Source: Octopus vulgaris
Lineage: Eukaryota
Length of the DNA: 64,000 nucleotides
NCBI GenBank assembly: GCA_951406725.2
Contig: OX597814.1
Span: 128,030,001-128,094,000, forward strand
Reading direction: 5' to 3'
The notes below the pieces were generated by a model. It had not been told where the DNA came from and did not search any database. It worked only from the letters and a program-made list of their open reading frames with translations. Shown here in pieces: positions 12,212-26,128 of this stretch. Position numbers and translations under genes: made by a program. Numbering within the stretch: the stretch's first letter is position 1; the number at the start of each line of letters is the position of its first letter.

Positions 12212-13770
12212 ATTGTTGTTTAATGTCTGCTTTCCATGCTAGCATGGGTTGAACGATTTGACTGAGGACTGGCGAACCAGATGGCTGCACCAGGCTCCAA
12301 TCTTGATTTGGCAGAGTTTCTACAGCTGGATGCCCTTCCTAATGCCAACCACTCCAAGAGTGTAGTGGGTGCTTTTACGTGCCACTGGCATGAGGGCCAG
12401 TCAGGCGGTACTGGAAACGGCCATGCTCAAATGATGTTTTTTACGTGCCACCTGCACAGAAGCCAGTCCAGCGGCACTGGCAAGGACCTCTCTCAAATGT
12501 TTTTTCACATGCCACTGGCACAAGTACAAGTAGATGTAGCAAAAGCATTTGTCATCATTATCATCATTGTCATTCTTATTGTCATCATCATTGCTGTCAT
12601 CACCATCATCAACATCATTATCATCATCGCTGTCATCATCGTTGTTATTATCATCATCATCATTGTCATCCTTCTAATCATAATCCTCATTAAAGTCTGT
12701 TTTCCATGTTGGCATGGGTCAGACAGTTTTCCAGGATCCTGTGAATTACGGGGCTACGTTGCACTATAATGTCAGCTTTGGCATGAATTTCATGGCTAGA
12801 TGTCCTTCCTAATGCCAACCACTTTACAGTGTGTACTGGGTGCACTTTTCATGCCTTTGGCAATTGTGAGATCACCAGGTAACTTTTCAAGAAAGAAAAG
12901 AGAAAATCAAAAAACCCTCCCAGCAAAGTGGGAGAGAGAGTATTTGAGAGGAGGAGGCTGCTTTATACCCAGAGTCAAGAAGGGAAAGTATACTAGTGGG
13001 GCCAAGTGCAGGTGTCTAGTTATAGATGACATACATGGTTACCTGGGGCAACAGTACTGCAGTATGACAATATCATATGAAAACAATATCATAGAGCAAG
13101 AATATCAGAGAAAGACAGTGTCATAAGATAGTGACATTGTAGGGAAATGATATCATAGATAAATAATATCATAGTACAATAAATATCATGGGTTAGTAGT
13201 ATCACTGAAGTACAATATCACAGGATATTATAGTATTATAGGGTACCATTATCACATTCCAAATATACCATAAGGCAACAACACATACATGTTGATATAT
13301 TGATACAACACATATTCTTTTCTACTCTAGGCACAAGGCCCGAAATTTTTAGGGAGGGGGCCAGTTGATTAGATTGACCTCAGTACGCAAATGGTACTTA
13401 ATTTATTGACCCTGAAAGGATGAAAGGCAAAGTTGACCCCGGCTGCATTTGAACTTATAACGTAAAGACCGACAAAATACCGCTTGGCATTTCACCCAGC
13501 GTGCTAACGATTCTGCCAGCTCACCGCCTTTGATACAACATATATTGATATAGTTATACAGCACATCATCATCATCGTCGTCATCATCATCATTGTTGTT
13601 GTTATTGTCATTGTCTTCACTGGTGTTGGGGTTAGGAGTAATATTGTATATACAAACATTCATAATAATTTATGTTGACATCGATATGTTACAGTGATAT
13701 TCTGCATGCTAATATATAATATATGAAAGTCTATAATGGTTCTTCGGTCATTAACCCATGTCTTTATTAA

Positions 13771-13991
13771 CCCTTTTGTTATTGTATTTATTTTGAGATG
13801 CTCTATGTTTCTTTCAATTACTTTAAATATAACAAAGAATTTAGTAAAATAACTTAGTTATCATTCAGCTAGTGTTAGAAACATAAATTGTGACTAAGGT
13901 TTGGTGGAAGATTTTAATTCAAAACTTACAAAAACAAGACATTTGTACTACAGAGCCAGAGCCGGTTTCAGCTGGGTTGGTAACAAAAGGG
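13771..13991. mobile_element. piggyBac-type MITE (TTAA TSD)
   Basis: TTAA-CCCTTTTGTT ... AACAAAAGGG-TTAA. Other copies at 18553-18952 (nested SINE B), about 28692-29522 (nested LINE) and partial 31210-31295. Confidence 0.82.
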
Positions 13992-15447
13992 TTAAATATT
14001 AATCCAGCTTAGAGTAATGAAATGACAGAGCAGAATGACTGAAGTCTTGAACAAAATGTCTTGTATTTCGTTTATATTTTGAGTTCAAAAACTGCTGAGA
14101 TTGAATTTTGCCTTTCATCATTCTGTGGTGGTGGTGGTGGCGGTGGTGGTGCTGTTGGTGGTAGTGGTGGCTGCAATGGTGATCGTGGAAGTAGTGGTGG
14201 TGGTGGTGGTGGTGGTGGTGTGGTATTGGGACTAATGGAAATGGAGGGTGCAATATAATAAGTACCAGTGATGAATTGAGGTCAAGCTAATCGTTTGTAT
14301 TGTGGAGGCACATGGCTTAGTGGTTTGGGTGTCGGGCTCATGGCTGTAAGATTGTGGTTTCGATTCCTGGACTGGGTAACACATTGTGCTCTTGAGCAAA
14401 ACACTTCATTTCACATTGCTCCAGTCCACTCAGCCGGCAAAAATTAGTAATCCAGTGATGGACCAGCATTCTGTCCAGGTGAGGAATATATATACATCAT
14501 GGAAACCTGGAAACTGGCCCCTATGCATTGGTATGGCATGAGAAGGAAACTTTACCTTCACCTTTAATTATTTGTATTCTTCCTTGCAATTTAGTGTCCT
14601 CTGCTGATGTTTAAATCAATCCTGAGCAGAAAGAAGATGAAATCAATAAATAATTATAATCTTGATAGGGAAACATTTAAAAATGTTTTTTCCTTTTTGA
14701 CTTTTTAAATAATACGCAGAGCTTACTTGTTTCGTTGGTTGCTATTGATGATGTTTCAGGAGGCATACTGACATCTCAAAAGTGTTTTTGAAATTGTTTA
14801 GTGAGTTGAGATCTACATTATGTTCTTCAGATGTTACCATGAAAATTGGTTTCAAATTTAGGCACAAAGCCAGCAAGTTTGGGGGTAGGGTTAAGTTGAT
14901 TACATTGACCCCAGTGCTCAACTGGTACCTGTTTTATTGACCTCAAAAGGATGAAAGGTAAAGTTGTGGAATTTGAACTCAGAATGTGAGGATGGATAAA
15001 ATGCTACTGAGCATTTCTCCCAGCATGTTAATGATTCTACCAGCCCACTACCTTATCCTCTCATTAATTTTGATTTCAAATTGTAGCACAAGGCCAGCAA
15101 TTTTGTGAGATGACTAATTCAATTACATTGACTCTAGTGTTCAATTAGCACTAATGGCCGCAGTCAAATGACTGAAACAAGTAAATGAGTAAGCATTTTG
15201 CTCAGCATGCTAATGAATCTGCCAGTTCGTTGCCTTATGCTGTCATATTTAATTAGGTCAAGGATGAGCAACTTTTTTCAAGAAGCAGGCCACATAAAAC
15301 ATGATTCATTATCAGGTGGATCACATTACTAATAAAATTGAAGGTAAATTTTTGTTGGGCACACCATTCAGAAAGTCCCATGGGTTGCAGGTTTTTATGA
15401 CTGATCTAACTTCTCATTTTAATTTTTCTTTGTAATTTCTTCCACAG

Positions 15448-15975
15448 CTGTTCACATTCCTGGTGCTGCTGCCATGGAGGCAATGCTTGAATATTATTAC
15501 TTCACTGGAGATTGTGTCAAAGCACATGACCAAATTCGTGGTATGTTCCATAGAAAGTTAAGTGACCATATTGATAAATACTGCAGTAAAGCAGAGTGCA
15601 GTGTCGAGGATATTGAAGTAATATGTCATGAAACTGAAGAACGTAGGAGAAGAGATACAAGCCATGCAAGGAGATTTAGATTATATAAACGTGACCAAAC
15701 AGGTGTTGCTCAAGTCTTAAAGATACGGTTTAAAATTGTAGGTGTAATAATGAAAAGCAACATTACAGAAAAGGAACAATTTAAGCTGCGAAGAATTTTA
15801 GGACTAATAAACCTTGAGATAAGGAAACTAGATGATTTAAATATAACATCTAATGTTAGTAATCTCATTGGTGACCTAAGTGTAGCACAATATTCCAGTG
15901 GAAAAATTGAAATTCAGGCAAACTGTGGAGACAAAAATATGGTAACTGTTCAGTCTTCTACAACAAAGATGTGCT
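15448..15975 (+). CDS. SVEP1: SVEP1-like exon: linker region with basic cleavage motifs
   Basis: ttccacag|CT acceptor, T|gtgag donor; 528 nt, phase 1-1. SVHIPGAAAMEAMLEYYYFTGDC...ERRRRD...YKRD...TTKMC, in frame with the flanking exons. Confidence 0.85.
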
Positions 15976-16853
15976 GTGAGTATATCTGGTTTTCTACATT
16001 GATTCTTCATCATCATGATCATGATCATCATCATCATTGTTTAACATCTGTTTTCCATGCTAGCGTGGGTTGGACGATTTGACTGAGGTCTGGCAAACCA
16101 GATGACTGCACCAGACTCCAATCTAATCTGGCAGAGTTTCTACAGCTGGATGCTCTTCCTAACGCCAACCACTCCGAGAGTGTAGTGGGTGCTTTTACAT
16201 GCCACCGGCATGAGGGCCAGTCAGGCGGTACTGGCAATGGCCATGCTCAAATGATGCTTTTTATGTGCCACCTGCACAGGAGCCAGTCCAGCGGCACTGG
16301 CAATGACCTCTGGACTGGCTCCTGTGCTGGTGGCACATAAAAAGCACCATCATTCTTTTTATTTCATTATTCATTGTTTACATAAATGTAATCATACACA
16401 AATTGTTACTTTCAGTGCTGGCTCTAAATTCTATTGAAAATCTGTAAAGATAACTTAAAAAGTGACAGAATTGCACTGCTAACACAAAATGTAGAACGCA
16501 GTATTGACTTATAACCCGTAATATACTTGGTAGTATATTATGATTGCAAAATGAAATACAGTGTCCTTGCTAGCCATTGATATATACATGCCAGTTGCCT
16601 GGAATGTGTTTAGTATGTAAATTAGTCTATCCAATAGTGTTACACTGCTAAATTTAGTGGTTATTTATGCTATAAGTTCGTTGCTGGCTAATGGGTTGGA
16701 TGTGGTACTGAAACAGGAGCAATAACTTCTGAAATGTGTATATACACTCATTACCTATCTTCAATTGCATTGATTACATAGTTACATTCGTATATGAATC
16801 GTAACTTGCAGTGCTGGAACTAAATTCTATAGAATATCTGTAAAGATACTTAA

Positions 16854-16889
<36 letters not shown>

Positions 16890-16893
16890 TATA

Positions 16894-16937
<44 letters not shown>

Positions 16938-17202
16938 CATTTTTGGTAGAATAGAGAAAAGTATATCAGGAATAATAATAAAGGTTAATCAGAAAAAATG
17001 AAGGAATTAGCCCTTACTCTCTTTACTCTTTTACTTGTTTCAGTCATTTGACTGTGGCCACGCTGGAGCACTGCCTTTAGTCGAGCAAATCGACCCCAGG
17101 ACTTATTCTATTGGTCTCTTTTGCCAAACTGCTAAGTTGCGAGGATGTAAACACACCAGCATTGGTTATCAAGCAATGTTGGGGGACAAACACAGACACA
17201 CA

Positions 17203-17264
<62 letters not shown>

Positions 17265-17902
17265 CGATGGGCTTCTTTCAGTTTCCGTCTACCAAATCCA
17301 CTCACAAGGCTTTGGTCGGCCTGAGGCTATAGTAGAAGACACTTGCCCAAGGTGTCACACAGTGGGACTGAACCCGGAACCATGTAATTGGTAAGCAAGC
17401 TACTTACCACACAGCCACTCCTACACCTATTAAAAGCCTGCCCAGGTGAGGCGGGCTTAGATTTATTTATAAATGTAAGTTTTTAAATTTTCCAAGCAAA
17501 TAGAATAAGATAAAAAAGATAAAATGCACACTTCCTGTGCATTAGCCTCTGTACTATTCATGCGCCTTTGGTTATTTTTCCTGATGAGTTGTAGTGCACT
17601 TGAACGAGTTCTATTTCACTGACAGATACCCACTTCATGTGAAGGATCATATGAGAAACACAATAAGTTCTTAATATATAATTTATGTATTGCAGCTGTG
17701 ACTCTTTACTCTTTACTGAAACTGTTTCCCTTTTCAGGATTAACAGATTTTTAAAAAGACTTAAACATTACTACTTCTAGTAATTTTTTCCTCCTAAATG
17801 TAATATCTTGTATAAATATAACAGGTCATGTACTACAACCGGCTCCATGGTGTGACAATGTTCCACCATGGTCTTAGCAGTGACAGATAAAGTAAACTAA
17901 AT

Positions 17903-18393
17903 CAGTGCTTCTCAACCATTTTTTGCCTATGGGTCCCTTTGATTCTTGTTTTATTCTACTGACCTCCAGTGACTATAGATAAAAAAAAATCTTACTGTAT
18001 TTTTGTAATTAAATATTATATATATTAAATATTATATATATTAAATATCATACAATATTAAGAATTGTATAAAAAATTAAAATCTTTTGTGTATTGTAGA
18101 ATCATCATCATCATCATTGTTTAACATCTGCTTTCCATGCTAGCATGGGTTGGACGATTTGACTGAGGGCTGGTGAACCAGATGGCTGTACTAGGCTCCA
18201 GTCTGATCTGGTAAAGCTTCTTCAGCTGGATGCCCTTCCTAATGCCAACCACTCCAAGAGTGTAGTGGGTGCTTTTATGTGCCACCGGCACAGGGCCAGT
18301 CAGACGGTACTGACAATGACGAAGTATAATAAAAATTATTGCTCATAAATTTTAACAATAAAATCTTACGTGAACCCTGGTTGAGAACCACTA
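17903..18393. mobile_element. hAT (Charlie-like) MITE with nested family C repeat
   Basis: CAGTGCTTCTCAACC ... GGTTGAGAACCACTA; 8-bp TSD aactaaat/aactaaag. Confidence 0.78.
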
Positions 18394-19115
18394 AACTAAA
18401 GAACATAAGGAAGAGAACTAATTCAGGCTACTAATGAGCAACTAAATAAATTAAGCATAAGATGGTTAATAGGTATTCCAGAAGTCTAGGAGTACTGCAA
18501 ACCTAAGATACTGCATAAAATATTTCTTTAGTTGTAGATTATTATATTTTAACCCTTTCGTTACCGTATTTATTTTGAAGTGCTCTGTGTTTCTTTCAAT
18601 TAATTTTAAATATAACAAAGAATTTAGTAAAATAACTTAGTTATCTGTTTCTTTATTACCCACAAGGGGCTAAACATAGAGGGGACAAACAAGGACAGTC
18701 AAATGGATTAAGTTGATAACATTGACCCCAGTACGCAACTGGTACTTAATTTATCAACCCCGAAAGGATGAAAGGAAAGTCGACCTTGGTGGAATTTGAA
18801 CTCAGAACGTAACGGCAGCCATCATTAACCTAGTGTTAGCAACATAAACTGTGACTAAGGTTTGGTGGAAGATTTTAATTCAAAACTTATGAAAACAAGA
18901 CTTTTGTACTAGAGATCCAGAGGCGGCTTCATCCAGGTTGGTATCGAAAGGGTTAAGGAATATATTTCAAGAAACATATTTTACCCTAGAATACACTTAA
19001 ATGTCTATGACTATAATCAGCATTGATAACTCTAACTCTTCAAAATATTGTCTTGTGGTTCCATGCAATCTACCTTCATACTATTTGGTGACACTTCAGT
19101 TGCTTATTATTGCAG

Positions 19116-19271
19116 TGGATTGTCCTGTTGGCCACTTCTATAGAAATAATAGCTGTAAGCCATGTCCTGTTGGAGAATATCAAGATAAAGAAGGACAGAA
19201 AAGTTGTATTAAATGCCCTCCAGGAACCAGTACTACAAAAACAAAATCCAAGGATAGAGACGATTGCCGAG
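19116..19271 (+). CDS. SVEP1: SVEP1-like exon: ephrin-receptor-like (GCC2/GCC3) repeat 1
   Basis: ttgcag|TG ... G|gtatgt; DCPVGHFY...CKPCPVGEYQDKEGQKSCIKCPPGTST...DDCR. Confidence 0.92.
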
Positions 19272-19493
19272 GTATGTCTTTGTGTTGTTTTATTTATATA
19301 TGTGTATACATACAGACCCACATACATACATACATCATACATACATACATACATACATACATACATGCATGCATACATACATACATACATACATACATAC
19401 ATACATACATACATACATACATACATACATGAATACATGCATACATACATACATACGTATGTATGTACCTACATGCATACACACACATACATA

Positions 19494-20720
19494 CAGGGGT
19501 TGGACAAAATAATAGAAACACCTTAAAATTTCAAACAAATTTATTTTAATATGGGTCAGGACCACCTTTGGCAGTAATTACAGCTTGCATTCTATGAGGT
19601 ATAGACTCGTACAAAGTTTGAATTGTTTCCAAAGGAATATTTGTCCATTCTTCAGCTAAAACAGTCTCCAGTTCTTGTACTTGTTTTTCTAAAATGCACC
19701 ATAAATGATCAATAATATTGAGATCTGGGGACTGTGATGGCCAGATAAGATGTTCAGCTTCCCTAAAATGAATGTTCCTTGTGCCATTCAGTAACAGCTT
19801 TTGCTGTGTGAATTATCATCCTGAAAGATTACGTTTTCTTCCAGAAACAGTCCCACAACCATAGGATGAATTTGATCAGATAAAATGCTTAAATAGCTTT
19901 GAGTATTAATTCTGCCATGAAGGGAGACCATTGGACTAGCGGATTTCCAAGATATAGCCCCACCAGATCATCACAGATCCTCCTACATGTTTAACAATTG
20001 GAAGAAGGCAGTCTGGGTCTAATGCTTCTTGTGGCTGTCTCCACATGTATACTCGGACAGTAGTCAGAAATAAGGTAAAGGATGACTCGTCTGAGAAAAT
20101 AACATTCTTCCATTGCTCTGGGGACCAATTCTGTAGGTTTTTACTCCAATCTAAATGCTTTGCAACGTTTGTTTTTGAAAGTAGTGGTTTTCTGATTGCA
20201 GCCCTCCCGTGAAATCTGGTTTTGTGCAGCTCCCAGTGAACAGTTTTTGTGGAAACTGGTTTCTCAACGTGGTCATTAAGCTCTGCAGTAATTTTGGGAG
20301 CTGTACTTTTGTGATCCTTTCTATCAATTCGCATAAGAGTCTGACAGTTCCTATCTGAAAGTTTTGGTTTTCTTCAGGAGATTTGTTATGACGAGGAGGT
20401 TTTCCCCTCTTTCTCAACGGTTGCCATTACTTTTGAGACAGTATTTCTTGATTCACCAAACATTTCAGCTGTTTTTGTCGCGCTAGTACCTGCCATATGA
20501 GCACCGACAATTTGACCTCTTTGAAAGTCCAATAGATCTGTCATTTTAATGAACTTTAATTACCTTTATCTTGTGATATCTGAAAAGAAACAGCAATTTT
20601 AGCAAAACATATTAAGCAACACTAACAATAAATCAAAAAACATAAAAATAAACTACCTTTTGACAGTTTTATAGAAATTTCAAAATTATGATGCTATGAT
20701 GCTAGGTGTTTCCATCATGT
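19494..20720 (-). mobile_element. Degenerate Tc1-like transposon
   Basis: TA-CAGGGGTTGGACAAAATAATAGAAACACC TIR, partial opposite TIR at about 20705-20720. Transposase motifs VIFSDES, GGSVMIW, FQDDN, WPSQSPDLNII. Confidence 0.88.
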
Positions 20721-22049
20721 TAAACTGTTAATCCCGCCATATTTTCTCTCTCCATTTTTTCTTTCTCTTTCCATTTTTCTCCCCCTTTCATCCCTTTCTG
20801 TCAAAGAGTGTAAGCTCAAAATGTCAAAGACTTTTCCATTCTTCCTGAGCATCAAACTAATACATCTGTTTGTTGTCCTCTCATTTGTTTTATATATATA
20901 TATATATATGTAGTTGAAATTTATAGGAAAATAAAAGATGAAGAAAGATGTATGAACAACAAGCAAGTGTATGAGTTTGATGCTTGGGAAAAGTGGGTGA
21001 AAAGAAGAAGACAAAGAAAATTCTTTTGCACATCTTTAATTACAAGTTACAATTGTTTCCGTACCATTTCTATTTGCAATGCCAGTTCATGCAAAAATTC
21101 TAAATGAAGATTCACATAATGTTTGTGCATGTTTATACAAGATTATTGTAGACTGTATGAAAGCAGTTTATATAGAATTTTTTCTGTTTGGTAGCTTCTG
21201 TAAGACATTACAATTCTATAGGACTGTTTCTTTTACAGAGTTTCTGTATGAAATTTTACACAGGACGGTTTCTGTCAAACAGTTTTTATAGAAAAGCTTC
21301 TATAGAAGAGGTTCTATGGAACAGTTTAAATTAGACAGTTTCTGTGTAAATATTCAATAGAATCTGTCCTATATGTAGAATATTTTCTATTGTATTCTTT
21401 CTGTAGGAGATTTCTATAGACCATTTCTATAATACAGTTTTGATAGGAAAATTTTCAGAGGTTAGTTTCTGTGGCCCAAATTTGGTAAAATAGGTTTTAT
21501 AAGATAGTCTCTATTTAACAGTTTAAATAAAACAATTCCTATAAAATATTTTTTGTAAGAAAAAAAAACTTAAACAGCTTCTGTTGGACAGATTTTAGAT
21601 GGACTAATTCATGTAGACTTTTACCATTAATCAGTTTTTAAATACAATTTTTATCAAATAGTTTTCTTTAAATAACTTCTATGAGCTGATGGATCTTCTT
21701 TCTCTTTCTAGTCAATATGTATGATTCTCATGATGTCTACAATGGCTAATTAAGCCACTTATCTGCAACTGACATTAATGTTGACAAATGAGACAGACAA
21801 ATATATTCATTACTTGTGAGGGTTAGTCATAAGCTTTGGTGTAGCAACCTGCCCACTCTTTATGGAGTTGATCAATGTAGCAATGTTCAAAGCACCCTAT
21901 TTCTGCATAGTACTTTCATTGCCACCCTCACTAGATAAGAGCTGAACTTTCCCTATAAGCAAAAGGGATTAGACTTGTTTTGAGTTAGGATTTCAAACAT
22001 TTTCTTTCATATTCTATGCTGGGTCTTTCATAAATGCTAGTAATTAATT

Positions 22050-22084
<35 letters not shown>

Positions 22085-22696
22085 CTACTCTCTTACAAGT
22101 GATCATAGCAAACATGCTTTATCAATGAAATTTCAGCTTCCCATCAGCATGAGTACATCTCCAAGCTCAAAGCTAAACTATTAGTCAATTCCTACTTCAA
22201 ATGTCTTAAAATGTATTTCTCCATTTTCTCTGAGTTACATCTTCCTTTCATTGTGAATCTAGAGTTTATTGTATCAATCCTTAATCGACAGAAAACCAAG
22301 TTAACTCACACAAGCTTTGAAATATAAAATCATTGATTCCTATCTTGTTACTGAAAATTCATAGAGGGTGTTTCTCTAGGGCAGTTTGTATAAGACAGTT
22401 TAGGTAGGAAAGTTTCTTTAGAATAATTTCAACAGATTAGATTCCATTTGCCATTTTATATAGAACAGCTTCTACTTTTTATTAGAATTTTCTAAAAGAG
22501 ACTTTCTAAAAGACTTTTGTATTTTCCTTCTTTTAATGAAATTTAAAAAATGTCTAATTCTGAATTTCATCTGATGACACAAAATAACGAAAACCGTCAG
22601 ATTTGGACAAACTTAAAAGATAAATGAGCTTGTTTTTTTATAAAAATAATTGTTATTAAACAAACCATTTTCATATCCATTTCTGCTATCTTTCAG

Positions 22697-22858
22697 ATTT
22701 CTGTCGACCAGGCACTTTCTCCAGTAATGGATTTTCTCCCTGCCAACAATGTGAACTTTCCACATATCAAGAGAACTACAATGCTACTTCATGCCAGAAA
22801 TGTCCTGGTTCCTCAATAACCACTACATTTGGAGCAAACCACTTCTCAAACTGCAGTA
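22697..22858 (+). CDS. SVEP1: SVEP1-like exon: ephrin-receptor-like repeat 2
   Basis: tttcag|AT ... A|gtaagt; DFCRPGTFSSNGFSPCQQCELSTYQENYNATSCQKCPGSSITTTFGANHFSNCS. Confidence 0.92.
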
Positions 22859-25265
22859 GTAAGTTGTTTTCTTTGCTGCTTGGTAGAGTAAAGACTTGAG
22901 GATTTTGCCCAAGAATCCAACCATATCTCAAAATCTAGTTGCTTGTAGCTTTACTTACTTGACACAATACTACAAGCATAAACCACACAATTTAACACCA
23001 GCATTTTTATCAGGTCACTATTCCTTTACTTCACATCCCACCCATTGTTCTATAATGCAGGGTAGCCTTGTATCTCTTCTATAGCAGGGCTTGTCTTTCT
23101 ATCACACTTCAGCCTCTCAACACCTGGCATTGAACCATCACCCCTTCTCCTTTCTGTCAAATATGCCCTTCTGCTATTCAGCTGAGGAGGCTTTTACATT
23201 TTATTCTTTTTCCCTTCTTCCAGTTCTTTTCTTATTTCTTTACTGCCCACAAGGGGCCACACACAGTGGGGACAAACAAGGACAGACAAATGGATTAAGT
23301 TGATTATATTGACCCCAGTGCATAACTGGTACTTATTTAATCAACCCTGAAAGGATGAAAGGTAAAGTTGACCTCGGCAGAATTTGAACTCAGAACATAG
23401 CGGCAGATGAAATACTGCTAAGCATTTCGCCTGGTGTGCTAACATTTCTGCCAGCTCGCTGCCTTCAGTTCTTTTCTTGTCTATCAAGTTACTTGATGAC
23501 CTCACTAGTATCAGTGGCATGAAAAGAAATAAACCAGTATAGGCTGTACAATGGTTGGTGTTTGGAAGGGTATCCAGCCATAGAAACCATGTCAAAGCTG
23601 ACATTGGAACTTGATGTGGTCCAGCAGCTCACTGGATCCTGTCAAACCATCCAACCTATGCTAGTATGGAAAATAGACGTTAAATAGTGATGCTGTTGCT
23701 GCTGCTGCTGTTGTTGTTGTTGTTGTTGTTGTTAAGCAACAAGATGGGTAAGGGTGATTAGGTGATGGTCTAGAGCTTAGGGGTGGGAGACCCCCCAGAC
23801 CTTGGAAAAAAAAAACTTTGATCGTCTTGTTGTAGTTGAGGGCTCTTCGTTGACACCTGACACCACTGGGAGGTGGCCTTTGAAGTCGCTGGAAATGGAG
23901 ATCTTCAGGTCCAAATTCTTGAAAGGCCTATGCTGCTGCTGCTGGTGATGATGACAATGATTACGACAATAAATACAGTGACACTGAAGATGATGACGAC
24001 AATGATTATAAAGTTTAGAGTTAAGAGTAATTTTCCCTCTGAACTGGGCAGGTGCATAACTATGTGGTTGCTGTATTATTGTTACCCTCAGGGTTCATAG
24101 TCAAGCAAGCTGCATGGTCACCTCACTAGTGCCAGTGTCACAAATAAAGCATACAGTTCACTCTGTAATGTAAATGGCTTTAGGAAGAACATCTAGCCGT
24201 AGAGACCATGCTAAAGCAGACACTTGGATCCATTGAATCCTGTCGTACTTTCCAACCTATACCAGAATGGAGCATGGACATTAAATAATGATTAGTCCTC
24301 ACAAATTCTACCCACTAAATTCCACTTCAGCTTCACATAACCAGCCCCATCCCATTCAAAGTACCTTGGATCACAGGACGGCCTGCTGTGTTTACCTTGG
24401 ATCATAGGGTGACCTGCTGTGCTTGAGGAGACCTATTGAGTCAAGTGCATCAACATCAAAATAAAAATCAGATGGAAATTGTAGTTGCGATACCTGTGCC
24501 AGTGACACGTAAAAACCACCATCACAAACGTGGCTGATGTCAGTGCTGCTTTGACTGGCTTCTGTGCTGGTAGCACGTAAAAAGCTCCAACTAATCATGG
24601 CTGTTGCCAGCCTCCTGTGGCACGTAAAACGTACTCATTACACTCATAGAGTGGTTTGTGTTAGGAAGGGCATCCAGCTGTAGAAACATTGCCAGATCAG
24701 ACTGGAGCCTGGAGCAGCCTTCTGGCTTCCCAGACACTGGTCGAACCGTCCAACCCATGCTAGCATGGAAAACAGATGTTAAATGATGATGATGATGATG
24801 ATGTGACCATAGAAGAAGACACATATCCAAGATGTTGTGTGGTGGGATCAAATCCTACAACGTTTGGTTGTGAAATAAACTTCCCAATCACACAGTCATG
24901 TTCATGTTCATTTCTTATCAATCGTCTGTCACTTTAATATTTCTTTGTCAACTGATAAAGTCAAGAGTTTTGCCTAAGGGAACAAAATAGAGAAAACAAG
25001 GAAAATTGCAGAAAATAAGGAACTTCACTGTATTCTTCATCATTTTACCATTGGTGTTAGAAAGGACATCGAGCTGTAGAAACCATGCCAAAACAAATAT
25101 AGAGCCCAGGAAGCTCCTCACTTAACCAGCTCCTGTCAGACTGTCTAACCCATGCCAACATGGAAAACAGACGTTAAATGATGATGATGATGATGATGAT
25201 TGTTATTAGCAACCACTGTTCCTATGTCTATGTATCTATATATAAGTATATTTGTGTGTATGTGT

Positions 25266-25565
25266 GGAGGCACATGGCCTAGTGGTTAGAGCAGCGGACT
25301 CATGGTCGAGGGATCGCTGGTTCGAATCTCAGACCGGGTGATGTGTGTGTTTATGAGCGGAACACCTAAGCTCCATACGGGTCCGGCAGAAGGTAATGGC
25401 GAACTTCTGCTGACTCTTTCGCCACAACTTTTTCCTACTCCTTCCTTCTGCATCTAGCAGCACACCTGCGATGGACCGGCGTCCGGTCCAGGTGGGGGAA
25501 CCTATACGCCAAGGAAACCGAGAAACTGGCCCTTATGAGCCAGGCATGGCTTGAGAAAGAACATA
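25266..25565 (+). mobile_element. SINE family D (tRNA-derived, GGAGGCGCAATGGCCTAGTGGTTAG head); representative copy
   Basis: A-box TGGCCTAGTGG, B-box GGTTCGAATC. Copies at 14303, 29880-30170 (-), 42567-42855 (-), 43413, 53535. Confidence 0.8.
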
Positions 25566-25993
25566 CAAACAATATTTGTGTGTGTTTATGTATGAATTTG
25601 TGACTTAGTTGGCATATCTGTGTGTGAATTGTGAATGTATGTGTGTATATGTATGAATGTATGAGTGCATGTATATATGCTTCTGTATGTATGTATACGT
25701 TAAAGTGAATGGCTGTGTGGATGTATGTGTGTGTGTGCGTGTATGTAGGTATGTGTGTGTGTGCATATGCATGTGTGGATATGTGTGTGCATGTATGTGT
25801 GTATGCATGTTTGTGTGCATGTATGTAGGTATGTGTGTGTGCATGTATGTGTGTGTGCGTGTATGTAGGTATGTGTGTGTGTGTGCATGTGTGTGCATGC
25901 ATGTGTGTGCATGCATGTGTGTGCATGTGCATGTGTGGATGTGTGTGTAGGTGTGTGTGTGTGTGTGTACATGTGTGTGTGCATGTGTGTGTG

Positions 25994-26034
<41 letters not shown>

Positions 26035-26128
26035 ATGTGTGGGTGCATGTGTGTGTATGTTAGTTTGCCTGAACATTTCCAGTAAATAATTGTTAAAAGA
26101 AACACCATATCATTTCTCTCCCAATCAG

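Noticed and set aside
17575-17625. CTGATGA at 17581
   Set aside because: No closing stem II followed by GAAA; not a credible hammerhead.
22565-22605. CTGATGA...GAAAACCGTC at 22571
   Set aside because: Stem II and stem I do not pair; chance or too decayed to call.
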